In this document: one piece after another, positions 35,875-35,979 of the stretch
How positions within the stretch are numbered: position 1 is the first letter of the stretch
Layout of the letters: the number at the start of each line of letters is the position of its first letter
Origin: an uncultured bacterium
GTDB taxonomy: Bacteria; Verrucomicrobiota; Verrucomicrobiia; Verrucomicrobiales; DEV007
DNA length: 35,979 bases
Direction: 5' to 3'
Assembly (NCBI GenBank): GCA_963977015.1
Contig: CAXBMO010000038.1
Location: 1 to 35,979 of the forward strand
Position numbers and translations under genes: made by a program
The notes under the pieces: generated by a model
What the model saw: the letters and a program-made list of their open reading frames with translations, nothing else
Told to the model about the DNA's origin: nothing
The model's database searches: none

Positions 35875-35979
35875 TGACCTGTTTCCTGAAAAATGGACAC
35901 TTGAAAACTGAAGTTCTGCTTTAACCTAACAGAAGCAGAACAAATGAAAAGAAGTCGATTCAGTGAAGAGCAGATCATC
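35875..35979 (+). mobile_element. Left end of an IS3-family (IS407-group-like) insertion sequence, truncated by the window edge
   Basis: TG-initiated terminal sequence TGACCTGTTTCCTGAAAAATGGACAC at 35875, followed by orfA. Confidence 0.85.
35944..35979 (+). CDS. IS3-family transposase OrfA, N-terminal fragment
   Basis: Translates MKRSRFSEEQII, a characteristic IS3/IS407-group OrfA start. Confidence 0.9.
   Translation, partial: MKRSRFSEEQII

Overview
Bacterial chromosomal window, GC-rich and most consistent with Verrucomicrobia (PVC superphylum). The pointers are the PSCyt1/DUF1549/DUF1553 plus DUF1501 gene pair, the eukaryote-type hisA, the short nagA and a GGAG-type REP-like hairpin. Most of 200-32200 is core or housekeeping content: thioesterase, sulfotransferase-like protein, hisA, YceI, pgi, Dabb, HTTM protein, glyoxalase, folB, an ECF sigma/anti-sigma/PDZ cluster, C39-like peptidase, SGNH hydrolases, nagA, GT87, an EF-hand protein, an ABC-2 transporter, queA, a GT2 fusion and an L,D-transpeptidase. 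Two accessory segments stand out. (1) A tightly coupled two-gene operon encodes a TIR-domain protein with a small SH3-like C-terminal module and an orphan TerD. It is bracketed by an exact 25-bp direct repeat and is a candidate undescribed defence or stress cassette. (2) An AT-rich right end carries an immunity-like gene framed by exact 31-bp direct repeats with stuttered tails, further degenerate copies of that repeat, a DUF4375/DMP19-like gene, and the left end of an IS3-family element at the window edge. All family calls come from motif recognition by eye; no database searches were run.
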